Shown here one piece after another: positions 63,952 to 64,000 of a stretch of 64,000 bases of DNA. Location: IMG/VR virus record IMGVR_UViG_3300019487_000030. One strand, written 5' to 3'. This DNA is from a virus. Each line of letters begins with the position of its first letter. Within the stretch, counting starts at the first letter, position 1. The position numbers and the translations under genes are program-made. The notes under the pieces were generated by a model, which did not search any database, had not been told where the DNA came from, and worked only from the letters and a program-made list of their open reading frames with translations.

Positions 63952-64000
63952 CACTACGTGATCGTGCGCGAGGACTTGCCGAAGGGCGTCCTTGCAGCCC
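63952..64000 (+). CDS. partial Pth2-like peptidyl-tRNA hydrolase (runs off window)
   Basis: HYVIVREDLPKGVLAA resembles the Pth2 N-terminal motif; start not resolved. Confidence 0.45.

Noticed and set aside
1-64000. tRNA, rRNA or tmRNA genes
   Set aside because: I found no T-loop/acceptor-stem pattern in the intergenic regions by eye. tRNAscan/Aragorn was not run.

Overview
This is a 64-kb segment of a large, GC-rich (about 65% by eye) dsDNA bacteriophage-like genome with densely packed, often overlapping genes. I recognised no terminase, portal, HK97 capsid or tail gene. Left part (1-26 kb): replication, recombination and nucleotide metabolism, with ThyX, an NTPase/helicase, an intein-containing SNF2 helicase, a Cas4-like nuclease, Sak4-like AAA_24, a DUF669 SSB, class II RNR, a HerA-like ATPase, a UDG-PolA fusion, DinG, Tmk and a Dam-like MTase. 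Middle (26.8-38.9 kb): a putative late/virion region with a cassette of small poly-Arg-tailed proteins sharing a hydrophobic-Gly motif, a Gp88-like protein, three paralogous WDPHS proteins, a transglycosylase, a SnoaL/ATP-grasp/deoxyribosyltransferase-like operon and a stand-alone C39 protease. Most of its transcription units are preceded by a 16-bp GATCGC-N4-GCGATC palindrome. Right part (39-64 kb): sigma70-like promoters driving a second SNF2, a MoxR-vWA module, many small hypothetical genes, a second transglycosylase and a holin-like gene. Seven homing-endonuclease-type genes are present. The strongest observations are: (i) free-standing endonuclease insertions that bring a synonymously recoded copy of the 5' end of the gene they interrupt (thyX, C39 protease); (ii) the Arg-tail/LG-motif protein set with its candidate C39 maturation protease; (iii) the palindrome regulon; (iv) a gene with a single in-frame TAG. 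All family assignments come from motif recognition by eye, with no database search.
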